From Candidatus Fervidifonticultor secundus (lineage in GTDB: Bacteria; Sysuimicrobiota; Sysuimicrobiia; Sysuimicrobiales; Humicultoraceae): 64,000 nucleotides of DNA. Shown here one piece after another: positions 56,314 through 64,000 of the stretch. How positions within the stretch are numbered: position 1 is the stretch's first letter; each line of letters begins with the position of its first letter. The notes beneath the pieces are model-generated. The model had not been told where the DNA came from. It searched no databases and saw nothing but the letters and a program-made list of their open reading frames with translations. Location of the stretch: positions 32,001-96,000 of the forward strand of contig JAVKIP010000008.1 in assembly GCA_031459385.1 (NCBI GenBank). Direction: 5' to 3'. A program made the position numbers and the translations under genes.

Positions 56314-57726
56314 ATGACAGACGCTACCCGGTGGAGCGCCGCCGAGACCGCGGCCAGGATCGCGCGCGGTCAGGTGTCCGCCACCGAGGTCGTGGAGGCG
56401 TACCTGCGCCGGATCGCCGCCGTCGACGACCGCGTCGGCGCCTACGTCCGGGTCTTCGTCGACGGCGCCCGTGCCCGCGCCCGCGCCCTCGACGTCGACG
56501 CCCGGGCCGGCCGCCTGCACGGCCCGCTGCACGGCGTGCCGGTGGCCGTCAAGGACCTGCTGGCGGTGGAAGGGGTGCCCCTGGGAGCCGGCTCGCCGCT
56601 GCTGGGGCGCGAGCCGTCCCGCAAGACCGCGACCGTGGTCCGGCGCCTGGAGGCGGCGGGCGCCGTCGTGCTCGGGCTCACCACCCTGCACGAGGTGGCA
56701 CTGGGGGTCACCGGCGTGAATCCCCATGGCCGCTTCGCGCGCAACCCGTGGAATCTGGACCGCATCACCGGCGGCTCGAGCAGCGGCTCGGCCGCGGCGG
56801 TCGCTGCGGGCCTCGCCGCGGCGGCCATCGGCTCCGACACCGGCGGCTCCATCCGCCTGCCCGCGGCGTTCTGCGGGATCGTCGGCCTCAAGCCCACGTT
56901 CGGCCGCGTGAGCCGTCACGGGGTCTTCCCGCTGGCAGCGTCGTTCGACACGGTGGGCCCGATGACGCGGACAGTGACCGACGCCGCGCTCCTGCTGGAG
57001 GTGCTCGCGGGCCCAGATCCGGCCGACGGGCACGCGAGCCCGCTGCCGCCCGAGCCGTACACGCGCGCCATGACCGCGGTCCCGGCGAGCCTGCCCGTGG
57101 GCCGCCTGGCGGGCCCGTTCTTCGAGGCCGATCTCGACCCGGCCGCCGCGCGCGCGCTCGACGACGCAACCAGGCTGCTCGAGGATGCCGGGTGTCGCAC
57201 GAGGCCGGTGCACCTGGAGCACGTCGAGGCCGCGCAGGAGGCGCAGCTGGTCGTGCTGCGGTGGGAGGCCGCGCAGGTGCACCGGGCGCGGTTCCCCGGA
57301 CGCGAGGCCGAGTACGGTCCCGATGTGCGCGCGATCCTGGCTCAGGGCGCGGCGACGACGCCAGAGGCCCTGGCCCACGCGCGCCAGGCGCTGGCGCGGC
57401 TGCAGGCCGAGGTGCGGGCGCAGCTGCGCGAGACCCCGGTGCTCCTGGGGCCGATGCTGGCGATCGGCGCCCCGCGCATCGCCGACGTCGACCCGGCCGG
57501 CCCGGCGTGGCAGGTCCTGCGGCGGGTGATCGCACGGTTCTCGCGCCTGTTCAACGCCACCGGCCTGCCGGCGCTCGCACTGCCCGCCGGGCTCACCGCC
57601 GAGGGGCTGCCCGTGGCCGTCCAGCTGGCGGCCGGGCCGTTCGCCGAGAGCCTGGTGCTGGGCGTGGCGCGCCGCCTCGAGGCCGCGCTGGGCTGGACGC
57701 TCCCGGTGCTGCCGCGGGACGCGTGA
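56314..57726 (+). CDS. Amidase-signature family enzyme
   Basis: Motifs GVPVAVKD, GGSSSGS, GSDTGGSIRLPA and GLKPTFG. Confidence 0.92.
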   Translation: MTDATRWSAAETAARIARGQVSATEVVEAYLRRIAAVDDRVGAYVRVFVDGARARARALDVDARAGRLHGPLHGVPVAVKDLLAVEGVPLGAGSPLLGREPSRKTATVVRRLEAAGAVVLGLTTLHEVALGVTGVNPHGRFARNPWNLDRITGGSSSGSAAAVAAGLAAAAIGSDTGGSIRLPAAFCGIVGLKPTFGRVSRHGVFPLAASFDTVGPMTRTVTDAALLLEVLAGPDPADGHASPLPPEPYTRAMTAVPASLPVGRLAGPFFEADLDPAAARALDDATRLLEDAGCRTRPVHLEHVEAAQEAQLVVLRWEAAQVHRARFPGREAEYGPDVRAILAQGAATTPEALAHARQALARLQAEVRAQLRETPVLLGPMLAIGAPRIADVDPAGPAWQVLRRVIARFSRLFNATGLPALALPAGLTAEGLPVAVQLAAGPFAESLVLGVARRLEAALGWTLPVLPRDA

Positions 57727-57819
57727 GCGCACCGCAGGAGTCGCGGCGCGCGGACGCGAAGTCGGCGACGTCATGACCGCCGCCCGCGGGCGCGACCCGT
57801 GGCCCGTGCTCCTGGCCGC

Positions 57820-59670
57820 ATGAGGACGCTTCGCCCGCTCTCGTTGCTCGCGCTCGCCGCCACCTGGCTGCTGCTCCTGGTCGGTGCCACCGTCAGCGCC
57901 ACCGGCGCGGGGCTCGCCTGCCCGGACTGGCCGTTGTGCCACGGGCGGCTGCTCCCGCCGCTGGAGCGGCTGGTGCTGGTCGAGTACGGCCACCGGCTGC
58001 TGGCGTCCGCGGTGGGCGTGCTGGTGCTGGCGCTGGCGGTGCTGACGTGGAAGCACGCGCGCGGGCCCGGAGGGCTCGCGCGGGGCGCGGCGGGGCTGCT
58101 GGTGCTCCTGGCGGTGCAGGTGGGGCTCGGCGGCGCCACGGTCCTGTCGTCGCTCGCGCCGGTGATCGTGGGCGTGCACCTGGGCACCGCGATGGCCTTC
58201 ATGGCCGTGCTGACCGCGTTCGCCGTGCGCGCGCACATGGCAGACGGTGGACCGGCCGCGCGCGACGCGACCGGCAGGGCGGCCGCGTGCGCCGGCGACC
58301 CCGGCCTGCCGCGCCTGGTGATGGCCGCGGCCGTGCTCGTCTACCTCCAGATCCTGCTGGGCGGGTTCACCAGCGCCTTCGGGGCGGGCCTGGCGTGTGG
58401 CGGGCTGCCGCTGTGCCACGGGGCCATCATCCCGGCCGGGCCGCCGCCGGCGGTGCTGCACGCCGTGCACCGCGCGCTGGGGGTGGGTGCGGCCGGCGTC
58501 GTGGCAGCGGTCGCGGTGCGGGCGCGGCGCAGCCACGATGCGCCCGTGCGCCGCGGCGCCGCCGCGGCCGCAGCGCTCGGTGTCGTCCAGGTGGCGCTCG
58601 GCGTCTTGAACGTGACGACCCGCCTGGCCCTGGAGGTGCGCGTGGCGCATCTGGGCGGCGCAGCCGCACTGCTGGCCGCACTGGTCGCACTCGCCGTGTG
58701 GATGCAGCACGCCCGCGCGCTGCGCGCCGAGCCGGTGGCGTCGGCTGCGCCCACCTCCGGTCCTTCCGCGCCCCATCGCCCCGCCCCGGGGCCCACGCCG
58801 GGCCGGTCGGTCGTGCGCCTGGTGGGGGACTACGTGGCCCTGACCAAACCGCGCATCGTGGCGCTGCTCCTGCTCACCACGGTGACCACGATGGTGGTGG
58901 CAGGCGGCCATCCGGGCGCCGGGCTGGTGGTGTTCACGATGCTCGGTGGCGCGCTGGCCGCCGGCAGCGCCAACGCCATCAACTGCTACTGGGACCGCGA
59001 CATCGACGCCCTCATGCGCCGGACGCGCGGCCGCCCGCTCCCGGCGGGCCGCGTCGCGCCGCGCCACGCGCTGGCCTTCGGGCTGGCGCTGGCCGTGCTG
59101 GCGGTCGTGGTGCTGGGCCTGCGGGTCAACTGGCTGTCGGCGGCCCTGGCCCTGGCCGGCATCGTGTTCTACGTGGGGGTCTACACGGTCTGGTTGAAGC
59201 GCAGCACGCCGCAGAACATCGTCATCGGTGGTGCCGCGGGTGCCGTTCCGCCGCTGGTGGGCTGGGCCGCCGTCACCGACCAGGTGGCGCTCCCGGCGTT
59301 CATGCTGTTCGCCATCATCTTCCTGTGGACGCCGCCGCACTTCTGGGCGTTGGCGCTGCACCGGCAGGACGAATACCGGGCAGCCGGTGTCCCGATGCTG
59401 CCGGTAGTGGCGGGCCCGCAGGAGACCCTGCGCCAGATGCTGGGCTACACCCTGGCCCTGGTGGCGGCCACCCTGGCCCTGGCCGGACTCGGCGTGCTGG
59501 GCCGCGTCTACCTGCTGGCCGCGGTGGTCCTGGCGGTGCCGTTCCTGGTGCTGGTGCTGCGGCTGGCGCGGCGCCCGACGCCGCAGCAGGCCTGGGCGGT
59601 CTTCGAGTACTCCGTGCTCTACCTCGGCCTGCTCTTCGCGGCCATGGCGGTGGACCGGCTGGTGGGGTAG
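57820..59670 (+). CDS. Fused heme A synthase (CtaA) and heme O synthase (CtaB)
   Basis: N-half GLACPDWPLC, EYGHR, VHR. A Pro-rich linker, then C-half LTKPRI, DRDIDALMRRTRGRP, NIVIGG and WTPPHF. Confidence 0.9.
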   Translation: MRTLRPLSLLALAATWLLLLVGATVSATGAGLACPDWPLCHGRLLPPLERLVLVEYGHRLLASAVGVLVLALAVLTWKHARGPGGLARGAAGLLVLLAVQVGLGGATVLSSLAPVIVGVHLGTAMAFMAVLTAFAVRAHMADGGPAARDATGRAAACAGDPGLPRLVMAAAVLVYLQILLGGFTSAFGAGLACGGLPLCHGAIIPAGPPPAVLHAVHRALGVGAAGVVAAVAVRARRSHDAPVRRGAAAAAALGVVQVALGVLNVTTRLALEVRVAHLGGAAALLAALVALAVWMQHARALRAEPVASAAPTSGPSAPHRPAPGPTPGRSVVRLVGDYVALTKPRIVALLLLTTVTTMVVAGGHPGAGLVVFTMLGGALAAGSANAINCYWDRDIDALMRRTRGRPLPAGRVAPRHALAFGLALAVLAVVVLGLRVNWLSAALALAGIVFYVGVYTVWLKRSTPQNIVIGGAAGAVPPLVGWAAVTDQVALPAFMLFAIIFLWTPPHFWALALHRQDEYRAAGVPMLPVVAGPQETLRQMLGYTLALVAATLALAGLGVLGRVYLLAAVVLAVPFLVLVLRLARRPTPQQAWAVFEYSVLYLGLLFAAMAVDRLVG

Positions 59671-59767
59671 GCCTCCGGGCGCCGCCGGCGCATGCGCCCG
59701 CAGGAGCGCGCAGCGCGGGCTGGAGTGGCCGGCACGGGTCCGGCGCGGTCAGCGCCGGCGGGAGCGA

Positions 59768-60064
59768 TCAGCGCAGGTGGTGCACGCTCAGCGCGTCCGG
59801 GCCGATGAAGGCGAACATCACCACGGTCAGCACCACCATCGGCACCACCACGGCGTAGACCAGGGCGAGCCGCTCATAGGCCAGGTGCATGAAGTAGGCC
59901 ATGATCAGCGCGGCCTTCATCAGGGCCAGGACGACGAGCGACGGTACCAGCACCGCCCGCGGCACGCGCACCAGCACGATAGCCACTTCCAGCAGGGTGA
60001 TGACCAGCAGCCAGAACCAGGTAACAGCGTAGATCCGATATCCGCGGTGATGCCCCTCGGCCAC
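59768..60064 (-). CDS. Cytochrome c oxidase subunit IV
   Basis: Motif KAALIMAYFMHL; three transmembrane helices. Confidence 0.88.
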   Translation of the reverse strand: MAEGHHRGYRIYAVTWFWLLVITLLEVAIVLVRVPRAVLVPSLVVLALMKAALIMAYFMHLAYERLALVYAVVVPMVVLTVVMFAFIGPDALSVHHLR

Positions 60065-60074
60065 GGCGCGCCTC

Positions 60075-60692
60075 CTAGATCAGGTACAGCAGCGTGAAGA
60101 TGAAGACCCAGACCAGGTCCACGAAGTGCCAGTACAGCCCGGCGATCTCCACGCTCTCGGGCTGGATCGTGCCCCGGAGCCAGCGCAACGCCGTGATCAA
60201 CAGGTAGATGACGCCGCCGGTGACGTGCCCGCCGTGGAAGCCGGTGATGATGAAGAACGTCGCCGAGAACTGCGGGACGCCCCAGGGGTTGGAGAAGAGG
60301 CGGGCGCCCTCGCCGATGAAGTGCGTCCACTCGTAGGCCTGGGCACCCAGGAAGAACAGCCCGCCCAGTATCGTGAGCAGCAGGTAGCGCACCACCCGCG
60401 GCCGGTCGCCCTGCCGGGCGGCGCCCACGGCCACGGCCATGGTGGCGCTGCTGCAGATCAGGATGAACGTCATGAGGCTCACGAGGCCGATGTTGAAGAT
60501 CTCGAACTGGTGCACCCAGCGCCCCAGCGTCAAGCGCATGGCGCCGTAACCGGTCAGCAGGCCGGCGAACGTCAGGGTGTCTGAGATCAGGAACAGCCAC
60601 ATCATGAACTTGGGCCAGCCGACCGCGAAGGGCGACCGCCCACCGCTCCACTCGGCCGCCAGGGTCTGCGGCTCTCCCGCGCCTGCGCTCAC
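60075..60692 (-). CDS. Cytochrome c oxidase subunit III (copy b)
   Basis: Motifs MWLFLISD, TGFHGGHV and GLYWHFVDLVW. Confidence 0.92.
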   Translation of the reverse strand: MSAGAGEPQTLAAEWSGGRSPFAVGWPKFMMWLFLISDTLTFAGLLTGYGAMRLTLGRWVHQFEIFNIGLVSLMTFILICSSATMAVAVGAARQGDRPRVVRYLLLTILGGLFFLGAQAYEWTHFIGEGARLFSNPWGVPQFSATFFIITGFHGGHVTGGVIYLLITALRWLRGTIQPESVEIAGLYWHFVDLVWVFIFTLLYLI

Positions 60693-60714
60693 CGTCGCCC
60701 CCTTCCCCCGCCCG

Positions 60715-61344
60715 CTACACCCAGAACAGCATCACCACGAGGTACAGCCACAGCGCGTCCACGAAGTGCCAGTAGACGGCCACCGGGCCCAGCACCGCCG
60801 CCTGCGCCCTCGCCTGCCCGGCCCGCCACCACGCGTACGCCAGCGCGCCGACGCCGCCTGCCAGGTGGAGGGCGTGGGTGCCGGTGAGCAGGTAGAAGAA
60901 GTCGCTGTGCGGGCTGGTGGCGAGGTAGACGCCGGCGGCCACCAGCGCGCGCCAGGCCGCCATCTGCCCTAGCAGGAACGCCGTGCCCAGCAGCGCCGCC
61001 GCCGCGGTCGCCCGTCGCGCGGTCCCGGCCCGGCCCCGCACGGCCGCGCGCCGCGCCACTTCCAGCGCCGCGCTGCTGGCCAGGAGCACCGCGGTGTTGA
61101 CCCACAGCACGGGCGGCATCGCCAGCGGCCGCCAGTCGGCCAGGGCCCGCCGAGCCAGGTAGGTGCTCGTGAACGATGCGAACAGGATAGTGACGACGCC
61201 GACCAGCAGCCAGGTGACGACGCCCGCCGGCTGCAACGTCCATGCGCCGTCGCCGGGGCCGCGGCCTGGCCCCTCTCCCCCGGCCGGCCCGCGCGGCGGC
61301 GGGCCGCCGGCCTGTGGCTTCTCCAGGGTGCGGAGGGCGCCCAC
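60715..61344 (-). CDS. Cytochrome c oxidase subunit III-like (copy a)
   Basis: Motifs NTAVLLASS, FYLLTGTHALH and YWHFVDALW. Confidence 0.88.
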   Translation of the reverse strand: MGALRTLEKPQAGGPPPRGPAGGEGPGRGPGDGAWTLQPAGVVTWLLVGVVTILFASFTSTYLARRALADWRPLAMPPVLWVNTAVLLASSAALEVARRAAVRGRAGTARRATAAAALLGTAFLLGQMAAWRALVAAGVYLATSPHSDFFYLLTGTHALHLAGGVGALAYAWWRAGQARAQAAVLGPVAVYWHFVDALWLYLVVMLFWV

Positions 61345-61347
61345 AGC

Positions 61348-63144
61348 CTAGGCGCGCCCGCCGTGCCCGTGGGCGGGCGAGGCGACCGCCGCGGTGGGCG
61401 TGGTCTGGGGGACGAAGTCCTCGGGGGCATCGGGCAGGCTGTAGTCGTAAGCCCACCGGTGCACCTCGGGCTCGTGCGCGCCCCAGTTCCCGTGCGGGGG
61501 CGGCGAGGGCGCCTCCCACTCCAGGGTGGTGGCCCGCCAGGGGTTGCGCTCAGCGCGGGGGCCCCAGCCCAGGCTGTAGAGGAAGTTGCCGATGAAGAGC
61601 AGCTGCGCCAGCCCCAGGCCGAACGCGGCCAGGGAGATGGCCGTGTTCAGCGGGCCCGCGGCCTGCATGCGCTCGAACAACTGGTACGCGTAGTAGCGGC
61701 GGGTGACGCCCATGAACCCCAGGAAGTGCATGGGGAAGAACGTGGCGTAGATACCGATGAACGTCAGCCAGAAGTGCAGGCGCCCCAGCCGCTCGTTCAG
61801 CATCCGGCCGAACATCTTGGGGAACCAGTGGTAGAGGCCGGCGAAGACGCCGAACATGGCGGCGCTGGCCATGACGAAGTGGAAGTGCGCCACGACGAAG
61901 TAGGTGTCGTGCATCTGGAGGTCCACCGGCGGCTGGGCCAGGAAGACACCGGTGAGGCCGCCCGTGACGAACAGCGACACGAAGCCGATGGCGAAGAGCA
62001 CAGCCGGCGTGAAGCGGATGCGGGCCCGCCACAGCGTGGCCAGCCAGTTGAAGGTCTTCACCGCCGAAGGTACCGCGATGGCCAGCGTCGTGGTCATGAA
62101 GGCCATGCCGACCAGCGGGTGCATGCCGCTGGTGTACATGTGGTGGCCCCACACCAGGAACGAGAGGATGCCGATGGCCGCCATGGACCCCACCATGAAC
62201 GGGTAGCCGAAGATGGGCTTGCGGCTCCCGGCCGCCAGGATGTCCGAGACCATGCCCATCGGCGGGAGGATCAGGACGTAGACTTCGGGGTGCCCCAGGA
62301 ACCAGAACAGATGCTGCCACAGGATCGGGTTCCCGCCGGCATGGGAGAGGAGCTGCCCGCCCACGACCACCTCCGGCACGAAGAAGCTGGTGCCGGCCAG
62401 CCGGTCGAACAGGAGCATGACCACCGCCGCGGTCAGCACCGGGAACGACAGCAGCATGAGCAGCGCCGTGATGAACATGCCCCAGATGGTCAGGGGCAGG
62501 CGGAGCATGGACATGCCGCGCGTGCGCAGCTGCAGAATGGTGGTGATGTAGTTCAGTCCACCGAAGAGGAAGGCCAGGATCAACACCACCAGGCTCAGCA
62601 GCCACAGCGTCTGCCCCAGGCCCGAGCCCGGCGCGGCCTGGGGGATCGCCGAAAGCGGCGGGTAGGCCGTCCACCCGGCGTTGGGGGCGCCGCCTGTGAC
62701 GAAGAACGACGCCAGCAGCAGGACGACGGCTGGCGGGTACAGCCAGTAGGAGAGGGCGTTCAGGAACGGGAACGCCATGTCGCGGGCGCCGATCTGCAAC
62801 GGGATCAGGAAGTTCCCGAAGCCGCCGGAGAGCGCCGTGGTCAGCACGAAGAAGATCATGATGGTGCCGTGCATGGTGACCAGGGCCAGGTAGAAGTCGG
62901 GCTTCATCACCCCGCCCTGGAAGCCCCCGGGGAAGAGGGCCTGCAGCTCGGGCCAGCGCCACCCCGGATAGCCGAGCTGGAGCCGGATCAGCATCGCCAG
63001 CGTCCCGCCGATCACCGCCATCACCATCGACGTCAGCAGGTACTGGATGCCGATGATCTTGTGGTCGAGGCTGAAGATGTACTTGCGGACGAAGCCCAGC
63101 TCGTGCTCCGCGTGCGCGGGGGCCGCGGCGTGCGGGGTGCTCAT
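61348..63144 (-). CDS. ctaD: Cytochrome c oxidase subunit I, A1 type
   Basis: Motifs DHK (D-channel), TMHG, GHPEVY, WGHHM, HDTYFVVAHFH and RRY. Confidence 0.96.
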   Translation of the reverse strand: MSTPHAAAPAHAEHELGFVRKYIFSLDHKIIGIQYLLTSMVMAVIGGTLAMLIRLQLGYPGWRWPELQALFPGGFQGGVMKPDFYLALVTMHGTIMIFFVLTTALSGGFGNFLIPLQIGARDMAFPFLNALSYWLYPPAVVLLLASFFVTGGAPNAGWTAYPPLSAIPQAAPGSGLGQTLWLLSLVVLILAFLFGGLNYITTILQLRTRGMSMLRLPLTIWGMFITALLMLLSFPVLTAAVVMLLFDRLAGTSFFVPEVVVGGQLLSHAGGNPILWQHLFWFLGHPEVYVLILPPMGMVSDILAAGSRKPIFGYPFMVGSMAAIGILSFLVWGHHMYTSGMHPLVGMAFMTTTLAIAVPSAVKTFNWLATLWRARIRFTPAVLFAIGFVSLFVTGGLTGVFLAQPPVDLQMHDTYFVVAHFHFVMASAAMFGVFAGLYHWFPKMFGRMLNERLGRLHFWLTFIGIYATFFPMHFLGFMGVTRRYYAYQLFERMQAAGPLNTAISLAAFGLGLAQLLFIGNFLYSLGWGPRAERNPWRATTLEWEAPSPPPHGNWGAHEPEVHRWAYDYSLPDAPEDFVPQTTPTAAVASPAHGHGGRA

Positions 63145-63182
63145 CGGCTCCGACTCCTCATGGACGTCATGCGCACTCTGCG

Positions 63183-64000
63183 CTACTGCGGGCGCTGCAA
63201 CGCCGGCCGCTGCTGGCCCAGCCACGCGTCGAACGCGGCCTGACGCTCGACCACGACCCGGCCCCGCATGACGTAGTGGCCGACGCCGCACAGCTCGGCG
63301 CAGGCGATCTCGTAGGTCCCGGTCCGGGTGGGCGTGAACCAGGTCTCCACTGTCATGCCGGGCACCGCGTCTTGCTTGACGCGGAACTCGGCGATGAAGA
63401 AGCTGTGGATCACGTCCCGGGCCCGCACGCGCACCCGCACGGGCCGGTCCACGACCAGGTGGAGGTCGCGGCTGACGACGTCGTCGGCCGCGGCCGGGTC
63501 GGCGGGATCGAGCCCGAAGGGGTTCCGCCGCAGGTCGATCAGCCTGGGGTCGGTGCGCCCGAACGTCCCGTCGGGCCCGGGGTAGCGGGCCATCCAAGCG
63601 AACTGCTCGCCGCGCACTTCCACCACCATGGCATCGGCAGGCGGCGCGCTGTGGATTCGCGACCACACCACGGCGCTCATCGACACCATGACCGCCAACC
63701 CCACGGCCGGCACGATGGTGTAAGTCAGCTCCAGGCGGCGGTGCTCGTGCCAGTGCGCGGCCCGTTCGTCCCCGCGCGCGCCATGGCGCCACACCAGGTA
63801 GCCCAGGAACGCGTGCACCAGGATGAAGATCGCTCCGGTGATCCACAGCGTGCTGTAGAAGAGGCGGTCGATCAGCACGCCGTGCACCGACGCCACCGGC
63901 GGCAGCCACCAGCGTCCGCGCGCGAGCAGCGTGAACGCCACGCCCGCGACCATGGTGGCGGCGATCAGCGCGGCCACCCTGGCCGCGGTGCGGCGTTCGT
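63183..64000 (-). CDS. ctaC: Cytochrome c oxidase subunit II (start at 63977 or beyond the window edge)
   Basis: DVIHSF and the CuA motif CAELCGVGHYVM. Confidence 0.93.
   Translation of the reverse strand, partial: ERRTAARVAALIAATMVAGVAFTLLARGRWWLPPVASVHGVLIDRLFYSTLWITGAIFILVHAFLGYLVWRHGARGDERAAHWHEHRRLELTYTIVPAVGLAVMVSMSAVVWSRIHSAPPADAMVVEVRGEQFAWMARYPGPDGTFGRTDPRLIDLRRNPFGLDPADPAAADDVVSRDLHLVVDRPVRVRVRARDVIHSFFIAEFRVKQDAVPGMTVETWFTPTRTGTYEIACAELCGVGHYVMRGRVVVERQAAFDAWLGQQRPALQRPQ

Noticed and set aside
56314..57726. gatA (Glu-tRNA amidotransferase subunit A)
   Set aside because: No gatC or gatB neighbours are present and GatA-specific segments are not evident, so it is kept as a generic amidase.

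Overview
This is a very GC-rich, densely coding bacterial window with no rRNA, tRNA, CRISPR or recognisable mobile element. Positions 1-43.4 kb form an aromatic-catabolism island. Its core is a ~24 kb minus-strand gene run: leuC-like, leuD-like, paaK, leuA-like, iorA, iorB fused to a ferredoxin, korABC, tetR, CaiB CoA-transferase, enoyl-CoA hydratase, SDR, a NitT/TauT ABC transporter, DUF35 protein plus thiolase, a PrpF/Mii isomerase, bcrCBAD and an amidohydrolase. The island also holds two PAS one-component regulators, dch, two Liv-type ABC importers, a paaI(deleted)-paaK-thioesterase unit and an aerobic hpa cluster. The right part carries hppA, a signal-peptide gene with a triple repeat beside two HTH-TPR regulators, hom-thrC-lysC, a SigB/F-like sigma factor, acs, an amidase, a fused ctaAB and an A1-type cytochrome c oxidase operon. 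There are two main candidates for undescribed systems. (1) An inferred anaerobic route from phenylacetate or phenylpyruvate through 2-benzylmalate, benzylmaleate, phenylitaconate and Bbs-like beta-oxidation to benzoyl-CoA. This route would explain why both LeuB and BbsG/Bss are absent. (2) An RRNPP/NprR-like peptide-signalling cassette whose precursor carries three copies of GHGDGE[VI]LG. All functional calls come from reading motifs and from recalled family knowledge. No searches were run.
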